From an uncultured Gammaproteobacteria bacterium (GTDB lineage Bacteria > Patescibacteriota > Microgenomatia > Levybacterales > GWA1-39-11): 64,000 bases of DNA. The notes below the pieces were generated by a model. It was not told the DNA's origin. It did not search any database and worked only from the letters and a program-made list of their open reading frames with translations. Positions 49,515-58,252 of the stretch are shown here, piece by piece (the first letter of the stretch is position 1; each line of letters begins with the position of its first letter). The position numbers and the translations under genes are program-made. Where the stretch lies: NCBI GenBank assembly GCA_964448725.1, contig CAYVAJ010000003.1:17867-81866 (forward strand), read 5' to 3'.

Positions 49515-49919
49515 ATGAACAATTTTTCTAACGTAGAGTTGATCAAAAAGGCAGTGTCATTAATTAATGTTAAAGTAATTAATGAAAGGAGAAGAATCGG
49601 TGACGTAGCTTGTGTAATAATTACTGATAAGGGAAATGTATATACAGGTGTTAACATTGGCGGTCATGTTGGAATATGTGCTGAACAATCAGCAGCAGGA
49701 GCAATGGTTACAGCTGGAGAATACAAAATCGACAAAATTGTAGTGGTTAGAAATGATGAAGGAAAGTTATATACTATTCCTCCATGTGGAAGATGTAGAG
49801 AATTCCTTACTAAAATCAATGAAGAAAATTTGGAGACAGAATTTATATTAGATAAAAATACCGTAATTAAAATTAAAGATTTGCTATTGCATCATAAGGA
49901 CTATAGAGAATTTATCTAA
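49515..49919 (+). CDS. Cytidine deaminase family protein
   Basis: CAE and PCGRC zinc motifs. Confidence 0.88.
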   Translation: MNNFSNVELIKKAVSLINVKVINERRRIGDVACVIITDKGNVYTGVNIGGHVGICAEQSAAGAMVTAGEYKIDKIVVVRNDEGKLYTIPPCGRCREFLTKINEENLETEFILDKNTVIKIKDLLLHHKDYREFI

Positions 49920-50395
49920 ATGTTTTTCTCTTTTAATATTTTCTGAATAATATCCCAGCTGAATCCTTTCCGTTGTAAAAATCCAGTTACTTTTTTCCTA
50001 TATTCATCACCACTATATTTTTCAAACATTCGGCTTTTTCTCTGTAAGAACTCTTTTGCAGTATTATAATCGTCTTTTGCATTGGTAACAGCGGTATCAA
50101 TAGTCTCTCGTTCGACTCCTTTTTCAGAGAGCTCTCTTTTAATAACGTATTTACTTTTTCCTCGAAACTCTTGTCGTTGCTCAGCCCACCAGGTAGCAAA
50201 TTCTACATCATTAAGTAAATTATCTTCTTTGAGCTTTGAAATTACCTGATCAATAATAAGGGAGTCAAATTGCTTTCGTGAAAGCCTGTCTCTGATTTCT
50301 TTTTCACTTCGGGGACGATATGATAGTAACTTGAGCGCACGTGTATATGCTTTCAAAACCTCAATTTTAATCTTCTCAACATCATAACTATCCAT
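49916..50395 (-). CDS. recX: Regulatory protein RecX
   Basis: ALKLLSYRPRSEKE, LND.EFA, FLQRKGF; downstream of recA. Confidence 0.95.
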   Translation of the reverse strand: MDSYDVEKIKIEVLKAYTRALKLLSYRPRSEKEIRDRLSRKQFDSLIIDQVISKLKEDNLLNDVEFATWWAEQRQEFRGKSKYVIKRELSEKGVERETIDTAVTNAKDDYNTAKEFLQRKSRMFEKYSGDEYRKKVTGFLQRKGFSWDIIQKILKEKNI

Positions 50396-50407
50396 ACTTC
50401 CTCCTCA

Positions 50408-50433
50408 GTATCGTAGTCTAGTCTACGATACTA
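50408..50433. repeat. 26-bp palindromic direct repeat, copy 1
   Basis: GTATCGTAGTCTAGTCTACGATACTA, identical to 50858-50883. Confidence 0.95.
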
Positions 50434-50841
50434 TCGTTTTACATCTTTTCTTTTAAAACCAGAATACGTTTTCTTCTTGAATATCAGTTTTGACCCTCCG
50501 GTCAAATTATATTTCTTTGTATTGTATTCTCTTTCAACTTTTTCTGCACGTCTTTCGATAAGATCAAAGCAATGGGGATTCTTTTCTATACTTTTAGTAA
50601 CTGAGGCTATTGTATTTTTTCCTACATGTAATAAATTCGTTATTTCATCAAGTGTTAGTCCTGCTCTTATTTGCTCTGCAATAAGTATTCTCCGCCCAAT
50701 TTTCATTCTTTCATCATGCGTGAATAATCCATTTAAAATCTGTTCTACTTCCTCACCATCTTTGGCTGCAAGAAGGGCATTACGGAGTTTATTTAAAGCC
50801 TCATACACATCTTCCTGTGGTAAAAAATTATATCTATTCAT
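50431..50841 (-). CDS. TrpR/YerC-like HTH DNA-binding protein
   Basis: LFTHDERMKIGRRILIA...GLTLDEI..LLHVGKNTIASV matches the TrpR/YerC-YecD pattern. Confidence 0.8.
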   Translation of the reverse strand: MNRYNFLPQEDVYEALNKLRNALLAAKDGEEVEQILNGLFTHDERMKIGRRILIAEQIRAGLTLDEITNLLHVGKNTIASVTKSIEKNPHCFDLIERRAEKVEREYNTKKYNLTGGSKLIFKKKTYSGFKRKDVKR

Positions 50842-50857
50842 TACAGTTCTGTAAATT

Positions 50858-50883
50858 GTATCGTAGTCTAGTCTACGATACTA
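50858..50883. repeat. 26-bp palindromic direct repeat, copy 2
   Basis: Identical to 50408-50433. Confidence 0.95.
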
Positions 50884-50915
50884 ATTGTGTTATTTTACTG
50901 TGCGTTTATGGTGTG

Positions 50916-52025
50916 TTATTGTGCGTTGGGATCTTGTTCTCCGTCATTATTTTCTTCGTCTTCTACGCCTACTTCAAGAAGTGGTTTGCCGTTTTGAGAT
51001 TTTGCCATGATTTCTTTGTGGATCTTTTTGGTAAGATCTTTATTTTCTCTGAGATATGCCTTGGCATTTTCTCTACCTTGTCCAAGCATTTGTTCACCAT
51101 AGCGTAAAAATGCACCTGATTTGGAGATAACGCCAGTCTCGATTCCAACGTCTAGTAAGCCGCCTTCTCTGGAGATACCTTCTCCTCCCATTACATCAAA
51201 TTCTGCAACTCTAAATGGAGGTGACATTTTATTTTTAACAACTTTGACTCTGACACGATTACCAATAACTTTGTCTCCGTCTTTTAGTTGCTCAATACGG
51301 CGGACATCAAGACGTACTGAAGCATAAAATTTAAGTGCAAGTCCGCCGGTAGTAGTCTCTGGATTTCCGAACATGACTCCAATTTTTTGTCTGAGCTGAT
51401 TTGTAAATATGCATACTGTTTTGCTGCGGGAAATTACACCAGTTAATTTGCGAAGAGCTTGAGACATTAGACGAGCTTGTACACCTACTGAAGCGTCTCC
51501 CATTTCGCCTTCAAGTTCTGATCGTGGAACAAGAGCTGCAACCGAGTCGACAACGAGTACATCGACTGCACCGCTTCGGATTAGCTGTTCGGTGATCTCC
51601 AGAGCCTGTTCTCCAGTATCAGGTTGAGAGATAATGAGATCATCGAGTTTAACCCCGATTGTTTGCGCCCATACTGGATCAAGGGCATGTTCTGCGTCAA
51701 TAAATGCAGCGGTTCCTCCATTTTTTTGAGCTTCCGCAATAACAGATAAACAAATTGTTGTTTTACCTGATGCTTCAGGTCCATAAATTTCAACAATACG
51801 ACCACGAGGGAGTCCTCCTATGCCTAGTGCAATATCAAGAGGAAGAGCGCCTGTTGGAACAACGTCAACTTGAAGTTTCTTTGCTGCTTCACCAAACCGC
51901 ATGATTGAACCTTTTCCATACTGGCGTTCAATTTGTTCCATAGCCATCTTGATGGCGTTCATTTTTTCTGATGCGTCTTCTTTTTGTTCTCCTGAGGGGA
52001 TTTGTACTTTTGGTGTTCGTGCCAT
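50916..52025 (-). CDS. recA: Recombinase A
   Basis: [36 protein letters not shown]. Confidence 0.99.
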   Translation of the reverse strand: MARTPKVQIPSGEQKEDASEKMNAIKMAMEQIERQYGKGSIMRFGEAAKKLQVDVVPTGALPLDIALGIGGLPRGRIVEIYGPEASGKTTICLSVIAEAQKNGGTAAFIDAEHALDPVWAQTIGVKLDDLIISQPDTGEQALEITEQLIRSGAVDVLVVDSVAALVPRSELEGEMGDASVGVQARLMSQALRKLTGVISRSKTVCIFTNQLRQKIGVMFGNPETTTGGLALKFYASVRLDVRRIEQLKDGDKVIGNRVRVKVVKNKMSPPFRVAEFDVMGGEGISREGGLLDVGIETGVISKSGAFLRYGEQMLGQGRENAKAYLRENKDLTKKIHKEIMAKSQNGKPLLEVGVEDEENNDGEQDPNAQ

Positions 52026-52138
52026 AGGGTGATTTAAATATAACAGATCTATGATAAAAATCAAGCGAGTATTTTTTTCGAAATGAGAAAAAGGGAAATC
52101 TTTATTTGCTTGTAAGCTAAGTGCTACAATACTTAACA

Positions 52139-52327
52139 CGGGATATCGTATAGTGGCAGTATGTACGCATGGCCCCGTCTAACGGGGTAAAGGTGCTCGG
52201 GGAATAGTTTAACGGTAGAATGTACGGCTGGGGGTCGTACGGCCGGAGTTCGACTCTCCGTTCCCCGACTAGTGCGCTTGCCCCGTATTGACGGGGTGCA
52301 GCCTCGGTTCGATTCCGAGTATCCCGA
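52139..52327 (+). tRNA. Outer tRNA-Pro-like gene interrupted in the anticodon arm (split gene or pseudogene)
   Basis: Acceptor CGGGATA/TATCCCG-A, D arm GTAT-AGTGGCA-GTAT and T arm CTCGG-TTCGATT-CCGAG are intact; about 118 extra nt lie in the anticodon arm. Confidence 0.85.
52198..52268 (+). tRNA. Inner intact tRNA-Pro (GGG)
   Basis: CGGGGAA TA GTTT AACGGTA GAAT G TACGG CTGGGGG TCGTA CGGC CGGAG TTCGACT CTCCG TTCCCCG A. Confidence 0.95.
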
Positions 52328-52329
52328 CA

Positions 52330-53544
52330 TTAACGAAATTCTACATCAAGAAAATTGCGTACTTTTGAAATAATCTCTGTAATCCCTCTTCGTCTGCGCA
52401 TTTCATATAGTGAGATATTCTTTTCATAAATTGTCTCAATTTTTTTAATAGCATTTATAATAGAGAATTGTTCTGCTTTTAATTTTGCGTTTTTGCTCAT
52501 TTCCATACGCATTTCGTCATTAGTAACGATTTTCTGTACAGCGTTTGCAAAAGATTGTATACGCGAAGGAACTAATAGTCCTTCCTTATTATTTTTGATC
52601 AGTTCTTTAAATGGTGCAATATTGAACGTGACGATTGGTAATCCTGCTGCCATAGCTTCTAATACTACTTTTCCTAATGTCTCTGTCTTTGAAGCAAATA
52701 CAAATAAATCTGCGCTATGAAAAACAGAAGGAATATTTTTATACTCAACTTCCCCGAGAAAATGTGTCGCTTGAGCAATACCTAACTCATATGCATGTTC
52801 TTCCAAGTTTTTTTTCTCTGTACCGTCACCGACAAGTACGAGTGTCGTATGAGGATTTTTTTGATGCACTTCTTTGAATGCATGCAATAATAGATCAACT
52901 GATTTTTCTTTTCCGAGTCTCCCAACGTATAAGAGGATTTTGTGATCGGCCGGAATCTTTATTTTTTTTCGTAAGAAATCTTTATTACCTATTGTATAGT
53001 TTGAAAGGTCAAGTCCATGATGAATAACTGTAATCGGTTTTGTTACTCCATAATTAAGAAGCTCTTTTTTAGACATATTACTGGGTGAAATAATTGAACT
53101 ACAGGAATTTGCAAATACTTGAGTGATCTTCTCTACAATTCTTGGGTGGATGAGTTTTCCAGCAGGAAGATAATGAGTATACCTATTCCAGAATGTATGG
53201 TGGGAGAGAATAAAAGGAATATTTTTTCGTTTAGCAATGGTCCATCCAAGCATGGTAATAGGTCCATCCCCATGTCCATGAATAATATCAAAATCAAGTT
53301 TTAGTAATTCTCTAAATGATCTTTCCGGTAGATAAATAGCAAGTCTGACACCAATCTGTTTCTTGTAGCTAATTGAGGAGAGCCTGATCACATTTTTTCT
53401 TTTATCCTTGTATCCAGGATATTTAGGAGCAATGATTGTTACTGAATGACCTTGTTTTTGCAAACCATCAGCATACTCTGCAACTGATGTTGCAACTCCA
53501 TTTTTTTGAGGGAGATATCCATCTGCAAAAAATCCAATTTTCAT
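52330..53544 (-). CDS. GT4 glycosyltransferase (diacylglycerol glucosyltransferase-like)
   Basis: D.YLPQKNGV, YVGRLGKEKS, ETLG.V.LEAMAAG. Confidence 0.93.
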   Translation of the reverse strand: MKIGFFADGYLPQKNGVATSVAEYADGLQKQGHSVTIIAPKYPGYKDKRKNVIRLSSISYKKQIGVRLAIYLPERSFRELLKLDFDIIHGHGDGPITMLGWTIAKRKNIPFILSHHTFWNRYTHYLPAGKLIHPRIVEKITQVFANSCSSIISPSNMSKKELLNYGVTKPITVIHHGLDLSNYTIGNKDFLRKKIKIPADHKILLYVGRLGKEKSVDLLLHAFKEVHQKNPHTTLVLVGDGTEKKNLEEHAYELGIAQATHFLGEVEYKNIPSVFHSADLFVFASKTETLGKVVLEAMAAGLPIVTFNIAPFKELIKNNKEGLLVPSRIQSFANAVQKIVTNDEMRMEMSKNAKLKAEQFSIINAIKKIETIYEKNISLYEMRRRRGITEIISKVRNFLDVEFR

Positions 53545-53591
53545 AATTTCGGTTTATAATTATACGTCTTCTTTTGATACTTCGCAAAGAA

Positions 53592-54314
53592 TTAGCGATA
53601 GATTGGGAGTTTTTCTGTCACTGGTCTATTGAGATAATGAGTATAAAAATATGCCTGAGAATATTTCCATAATGTTTTGAAAAAATTAGTTTTCCATCTT
53701 CTTGCAGATGTACGCACTTGTATATGTCGAATATATGCTACAGATCCAGTCTTTCGGAGCCTTCTGCCAAGCTCTGTATCAGCTCCGATTCCATACGATG
53801 TATTGATGCCACCAACTGTTTCATAACTTTTTTTACGAAATGCCATATTATATCCACCTAAATTTGGGTTCCCGATTACAAAGGTAAAAGTTAGCATCAT
53901 TGAATAGAAAGAATCAATAATATTGCGGAGGATTAACGGTGTGAAATCCGATTCAACAGATCCAGTAAGTGCAACGGTAGTTGGTTGGGTACTAAAAACA
54001 TGAGCAATATCACTTAGCCACTGCTTTCCGACTTGAGTATCAGAGTCAGTGCAGGCGATAATTTCACCTTTTGTGGAAGATATTCCTTTTTTTACTGCAT
54101 ATGCATATCCTTGTTCTTTCGTTGTTACTACTTTGGCGCCAAACTTTTTTGCAATTGCAGCTGTGTTATCAGTAGAATTATTATCAGATACGATAATTTC
54201 ATATCTATTACGTGAATATGATTGCTTGGTAAGCGCTGTGAGACATATAGGGAGGTGTTTTTCCTCATTATATGCAGGTATAACCACTGAAATAAAAGGG
54301 AGTTCGTTACTCAT
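53592..54314 (-). CDS. GT2 glycosyltransferase
   Basis: VIPAYNEE, DNNSTD, TDSD, TSARR. Confidence 0.93.
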   Translation of the reverse strand: MSNELPFISVVIPAYNEEKHLPICLTALTKQSYSRNRYEIIVSDNNSTDNTAAIAKKFGAKVVTTKEQGYAYAVKKGISSTKGEIIACTDSDTQVGKQWLSDIAHVFSTQPTTVALTGSVESDFTPLILRNIIDSFYSMMLTFTFVIGNPNLGGYNMAFRKKSYETVGGINTSYGIGADTELGRRLRKTGSVAYIRHIQVRTSARRWKTNFFKTLWKYSQAYFYTHYLNRPVTEKLPIYR

Positions 54315-54367
54315 AATAATATTGTACCACGAACATGGTGAAATTAATGGATGCTATAATGACTAAG

Positions 54368-55507
54368 ATGAAATATGATGTGATTATTGTTGGAGCAGGA
54401 ATTTCTGGATGTACGCTTGCGGAGCGTTATGCAACTCAGTTACAGAAGAAAGTGCTCATTATTGAGAAAAGAGACCACATTGGTGGGAATTGTTATGATT
54501 TTATTAACAATGATGGGATTTTGGTTTCAAAATATGGAGCACATCTCTTTCATACGCAGTATGAAGATGTATGGAGATATGTGAATCTATTCTCAGAATG
54601 GTACCCCTATGAACATAAAGTTCTTGCATCAGTAGATGGCAAACTTGTTCCAGTTCCGGTGAATATAACTACGGTCAATATGTTGCTTGGTCTTAATTTA
54701 AAGAATGAGGAGGAAATGGACCAGTGGCTTTTGGAAAATCAAGTCAAGATTAATAATCCCCAAAATGGTGAAGAAGCAGCAATGGCACGAGTTGGGAAAG
54801 TATTATATGAAAAGATTTTTAAAAATTATACAAAAAAGCAATGGGATAGATATCCTGCGGAGCTTGACGCTTCAGTATTAAATAGAATTCCAGTACGTAA
54901 CAACTTTGATGATCGGTATTTTACTGACAAATATCAAGCATTACCAAAAAATGGATATACAAAAATATTTGAAAAAATGCTTGATCATCCAAATATCGAA
55001 GTGATGCTTAATACGGATTATTTTGCACTACGTGATAGTTTATTTGGATATGAGAAGTTATTTTATACAGGGCCAATTGATCAATTTTTTGACTTTAAAT
55101 TTAGTATAGGTGCAGAACTTGAATATAGATCGTTGAATTTTGTTTGGGAAACACACAATACAGAATATTTTCAAGAAAACTCGGTGATTAATTATCCAAA
55201 TGAGCACGAGTATACCCGTATTGTTGAATACAAATACTTTACCAAACAAAAACATCCCAAGACCACTATTTCAAAAGAGTATAGTGCCCCATATATTCGG
55301 GGAGAAAATGAACCGTATTATCCAATACCAAATCCCCGCAATCAGGAGATATATGCAAAATATCAGCAGGCTGCTGAAGATTTAGAACAAAAGGGAATAT
55401 ATTTTGTTGGCAGGCTTGCAAATTATAAGTATTTTAATATGGACCAAGCATTCAAAAATGCTTTAGATTTGTTTCATACATTAAATCCAAGTGTTAGAAA
55501 AAAATAA
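54368..55507 (+). CDS. glf: UDP-galactopyranose mutase
   Basis: VGAGISG, HIGGNCYD, YGAHLFHT, GRLANYKYFNMDQ. Confidence 0.97.
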   Translation: MKYDVIIVGAGISGCTLAERYATQLQKKVLIIEKRDHIGGNCYDFINNDGILVSKYGAHLFHTQYEDVWRYVNLFSEWYPYEHKVLASVDGKLVPVPVNITTVNMLLGLNLKNEEEMDQWLLENQVKINNPQNGEEAAMARVGKVLYEKIFKNYTKKQWDRYPAELDASVLNRIPVRNNFDDRYFTDKYQALPKNGYTKIFEKMLDHPNIEVMLNTDYFALRDSLFGYEKLFYTGPIDQFFDFKFSIGAELEYRSLNFVWETHNTEYFQENSVINYPNEHEYTRIVEYKYFTKQKHPKTTISKEYSAPYIRGENEPYYPIPNPRNQEIYAKYQQAAEDLEQKGIYFVGRLANYKYFNMDQAFKNALDLFHTLNPSVRKK

Positions 55508-55533
55508 TAAATGTATAGTATTATATAAATATT

Positions 55534-56439
55534 ATGGAAAGTGATTTTAACCCAGAGCAGAAACAGGATAATGTTCATCCAGAGTTACTCTCAAAACGAG
55601 AACAACTGGCACTTGAAGGTCAGATAAAAGCATTCATTAGTGGCTATGATGTGGTAGGTGAAGATGCCTTAGACGTACTACCAAAAGGAAAAAAAAATAT
55701 TTTTGCGACTTCTCACAATACTGATTGTGATGTCCCCCTTTCAACACTTGTAACCGGAAGAGAAGTCCCTGTCAAGCTTAGCCTTCACCAAAATCTCGCA
55801 GGTATTGTTGGTCTGGCTTTAGGAAAAGATATGCTTTTGCCTATAGACTCGAAGTATAGTGAACCCTCTGATATTCCAGGAGCCGTGGAGTATATGGGAG
55901 ATTTTAATCCTGATAATTTTATTCCCATGGAGGAAGCAATGGAACAAGGCTATGCAGTTGTAATAGCGGCTCATAATCCAGTATATGGAGGAAAAACACC
56001 TGATCATGCTGGTCTAGGTCCAGGATATCTTGCTCAAATTGCAGGAGTAGAAGATACTGTTATTATTCCAATTGGGGTTGAAATATTGTCTGAAAACCAG
56101 GTCTCAAGAGGAAGTACGATGTTTAATGTAAAGAATTTAAAACAGACAGTAAGTAATATTGTTAATCGTCCAAAAGCAGTAGTAAGAATTGGATCCCCAA
56201 TGCAAATGGAAGAGATTGATCCAGAGAAATTACAGTATTTTCAAAACATAATGTCTAAAAATTCATCTGAGCGTACTCAGGAAGAGACCAATTTTAGAAG
56301 GAGATTTCTGTTAGAACTAGAAAAAGCAAATAGAGGAATCTTGCATGAAGTTCAAGTGTTGAGTGGTAAATCAACTGAGGATATAACACAGGCAGGTTCT
56401 CCTGATGCGAAAATAGATTCCTCAGTAGTTTCTGAGTAA
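55534..56439 (+). CDS. Divergent PlsC-like acyltransferase-fold protein
   Basis: SHNTDCD (HxxxxD), GPGYLA, IIPIGV, VRIGSP. Confidence 0.6.
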   Translation: MESDFNPEQKQDNVHPELLSKREQLALEGQIKAFISGYDVVGEDALDVLPKGKKNIFATSHNTDCDVPLSTLVTGREVPVKLSLHQNLAGIVGLALGKDMLLPIDSKYSEPSDIPGAVEYMGDFNPDNFIPMEEAMEQGYAVVIAAHNPVYGGKTPDHAGLGPGYLAQIAGVEDTVIIPIGVEILSENQVSRGSTMFNVKNLKQTVSNIVNRPKAVVRIGSPMQMEEIDPEKLQYFQNIMSKNSSERTQEETNFRRRFLLELEKANRGILHEVQVLSGKSTEDITQAGSPDAKIDSSVVSE

Positions 56440-56442
56440 TCA

Positions 56443-57261
56443 ATGAAAATAGGCGCACATATTTCTATTGCAGGTGGGTACACTGCTGCAATGCAGAATA
56501 TTAGTGAGAAAGGGGGCAATTGTCTGCAGATTTTTTCTTCCTCTCCCCGTATCTGGAAACGTCCACATGTTACGGATTCACAGATCCTAGAATTCAAAGC
56601 AGTGAAAGAACAACTGAATATTGATCCTATTTATTTTCATGCTTCATATCTTATAAACCTTGCAAATCCTAATGCAGGCGGTGACTTATCGGTTCAATCA
56701 TTAATCCATGAATTAAATCTTGCTGCTCGTATGGATATACGGGGCAGTATTATTCATCTGGGATCATTTGCAAATGGCACATATAGTACACTGATTGAAA
56801 ACTGTATAAAAGTGCTTGGACAAATTTCTGAGAGTACGCTATTTATCATTGAAAACGCAGGGAGTCGTAAAATCGGAGTAACACTCGATGAGGTAGGTTC
56901 GATTGTTCATGACCTAGCAGACTCACGAGTAAAAGTATGTCTTGATACATGTCATTTACATGCAGCAGGGTATGATCTTTCGACAAGTGCATCATTTGAT
57001 ACATTTCTTTCAGAGTTTGATAAAAAAATAGGTTTGGAAAGGCTCGAATTATTTCACGTGAATGATAGTAAAGATGAGTTCTCTTCGCATCGGGATCGAC
57101 ACGAAAATATCGGTGAAGGAGAAATTACACCGTCTGTATTTGAAAATATACTGCAGAGTCCTCATACACGGGATCTTCCTTTTATTATTGAGACACCTGG
57201 ATTTGATAAAAAAGGACCAGACAAGAAAAATATTGATATGCTCAAAACATTTATAAGTTAG
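56443..57261 (+). CDS. nfo: Endonuclease IV
   Basis: IGAHISIAGG, HASYLINL, CLDTCH, HVNDSK, DRHENIG, IETP. Confidence 0.96.
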   Translation: MKIGAHISIAGGYTAAMQNISEKGGNCLQIFSSSPRIWKRPHVTDSQILEFKAVKEQLNIDPIYFHASYLINLANPNAGGDLSVQSLIHELNLAARMDIRGSIIHLGSFANGTYSTLIENCIKVLGQISESTLFIIENAGSRKIGVTLDEVGSIVHDLADSRVKVCLDTCHLHAAGYDLSTSASFDTFLSEFDKKIGLERLELFHVNDSKDEFSSHRDRHENIGEGEITPSVFENILQSPHTRDLPFIIETPGFDKKGPDKKNIDMLKTFIS

Positions 57262-57304
57262 TAATTAAATTGTTACATATCCTACTATATTATTCTTAGA
57301 AAAT

Positions 57305-58105
57305 ATGACTGACGTTACATCAGAAGAGTTTAAAAAAACTGTTTGGGATTATTATTATAAAAATAGTCGGGATTTTCCTTGGCGCAAGACCCGTGATCCC
57401 TATAAAATTCTTGTTTCTGAAATTATGCTGCAGCAGACACAGACTGATCGGGTTGTTCCCAAATACACCTCATTTATTGCTGCATTCCCTACTGTACAAG
57501 CTCTTGCTCAATCGCCAATTACCTTAGTTTTGAAACTTTGGAGTGGGCTAGGATATAACAGACGTGCATTATATTTGCATAAGGCTGCACAAATGATAGA
57601 TGCTGCAAATGGTGAATTTCCGACAAGTGAGAACGATCTTATTAAGTTGCCAGGAGTGGGAAAGTACACTGCTGGAGCAATTATGGCATTTGCCTATAAC
57701 AAGCGCGCTATTTTCATAGAAACAAATATCCGCCGTACATTTATTCATTTTTTCTTTCATGATGGGGAAAAAATTCCAGATAACCAATTAATTCCACTCA
57801 TTGAACAGACATTACCTCAAGGGAACTATAGAGAGTGGTATTATGCATTGATGGATTATGGAGCATTTCTTGCAAAAACAGTACCAAATCCTAATCGGCG
57901 AAGCAAGCACTATATCAAGCAATCAAAATTTGAGGGATCACGCAGACAACTGAGAGGGAAAATCTTACGGTTATATCTTGCAGAAGGAAAAATAACTGAG
58001 AATCATATGGTACTGCGAGAATATGAAAAAACGTATATTCGTGAAGTATTGGATGATTTACAAAAGGAAGGACTTATTGACCCCGATCTGGTCGGGATTG
58101 ACTAA
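57305..58105 (+). CDS. MutY-like HhH-GPD adenine glycosylase (short, no Fe-S cysteines)
   Basis: VSEIMLQQT, GLGYNRRA, LPGVGKYTA, ALMDYG. Confidence 0.9.
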   Translation: MTDVTSEEFKKTVWDYYYKNSRDFPWRKTRDPYKILVSEIMLQQTQTDRVVPKYTSFIAAFPTVQALAQSPITLVLKLWSGLGYNRRALYLHKAAQMIDAANGEFPTSENDLIKLPGVGKYTAGAIMAFAYNKRAIFIETNIRRTFIHFFFHDGEKIPDNQLIPLIEQTLPQGNYREWYYALMDYGAFLAKTVPNPNRRSKHYIKQSKFEGSRRQLRGKILRLYLAEGKITENHMVLREYEKTYIREVLDDLQKEGLIDPDLVGID

Positions 58106-58126
58106 TTACCTTTCTGACCGTATAAT
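58098..58126 (+). promoter_or_regulatory. rny promoter
   Basis: TTGACT-17 bp-TATAAT. Confidence 0.75.
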
Positions 58127-58252
58127 GTAAGAAGAGAACAGTAACAGGCAAAATGTCTTTAGTGTTTATGAATAGCAGAGTATTATTTCTATCATCTCGC
58201 TCATAATTAAACCCTCATAAGGCTTTTCTATCCTATTCTCAAAATCGAAATT

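Noticed and set aside
28847-52139. Long N-terminal extensions on tuf, rpoA, rplQ and recA in the ORF track
   Set aside because: Upstream TTG/GTG starts run through promoters or terminators; homology begins at the downstream ATGs used here.
52173-52296. Group I or II intron in tRNA-Pro
   Set aside because: Only about 120 nt, 71 of which are a tRNA; no room for a ribozyme core. Removing it as one block leaves the outer tRNA 4 nt short.
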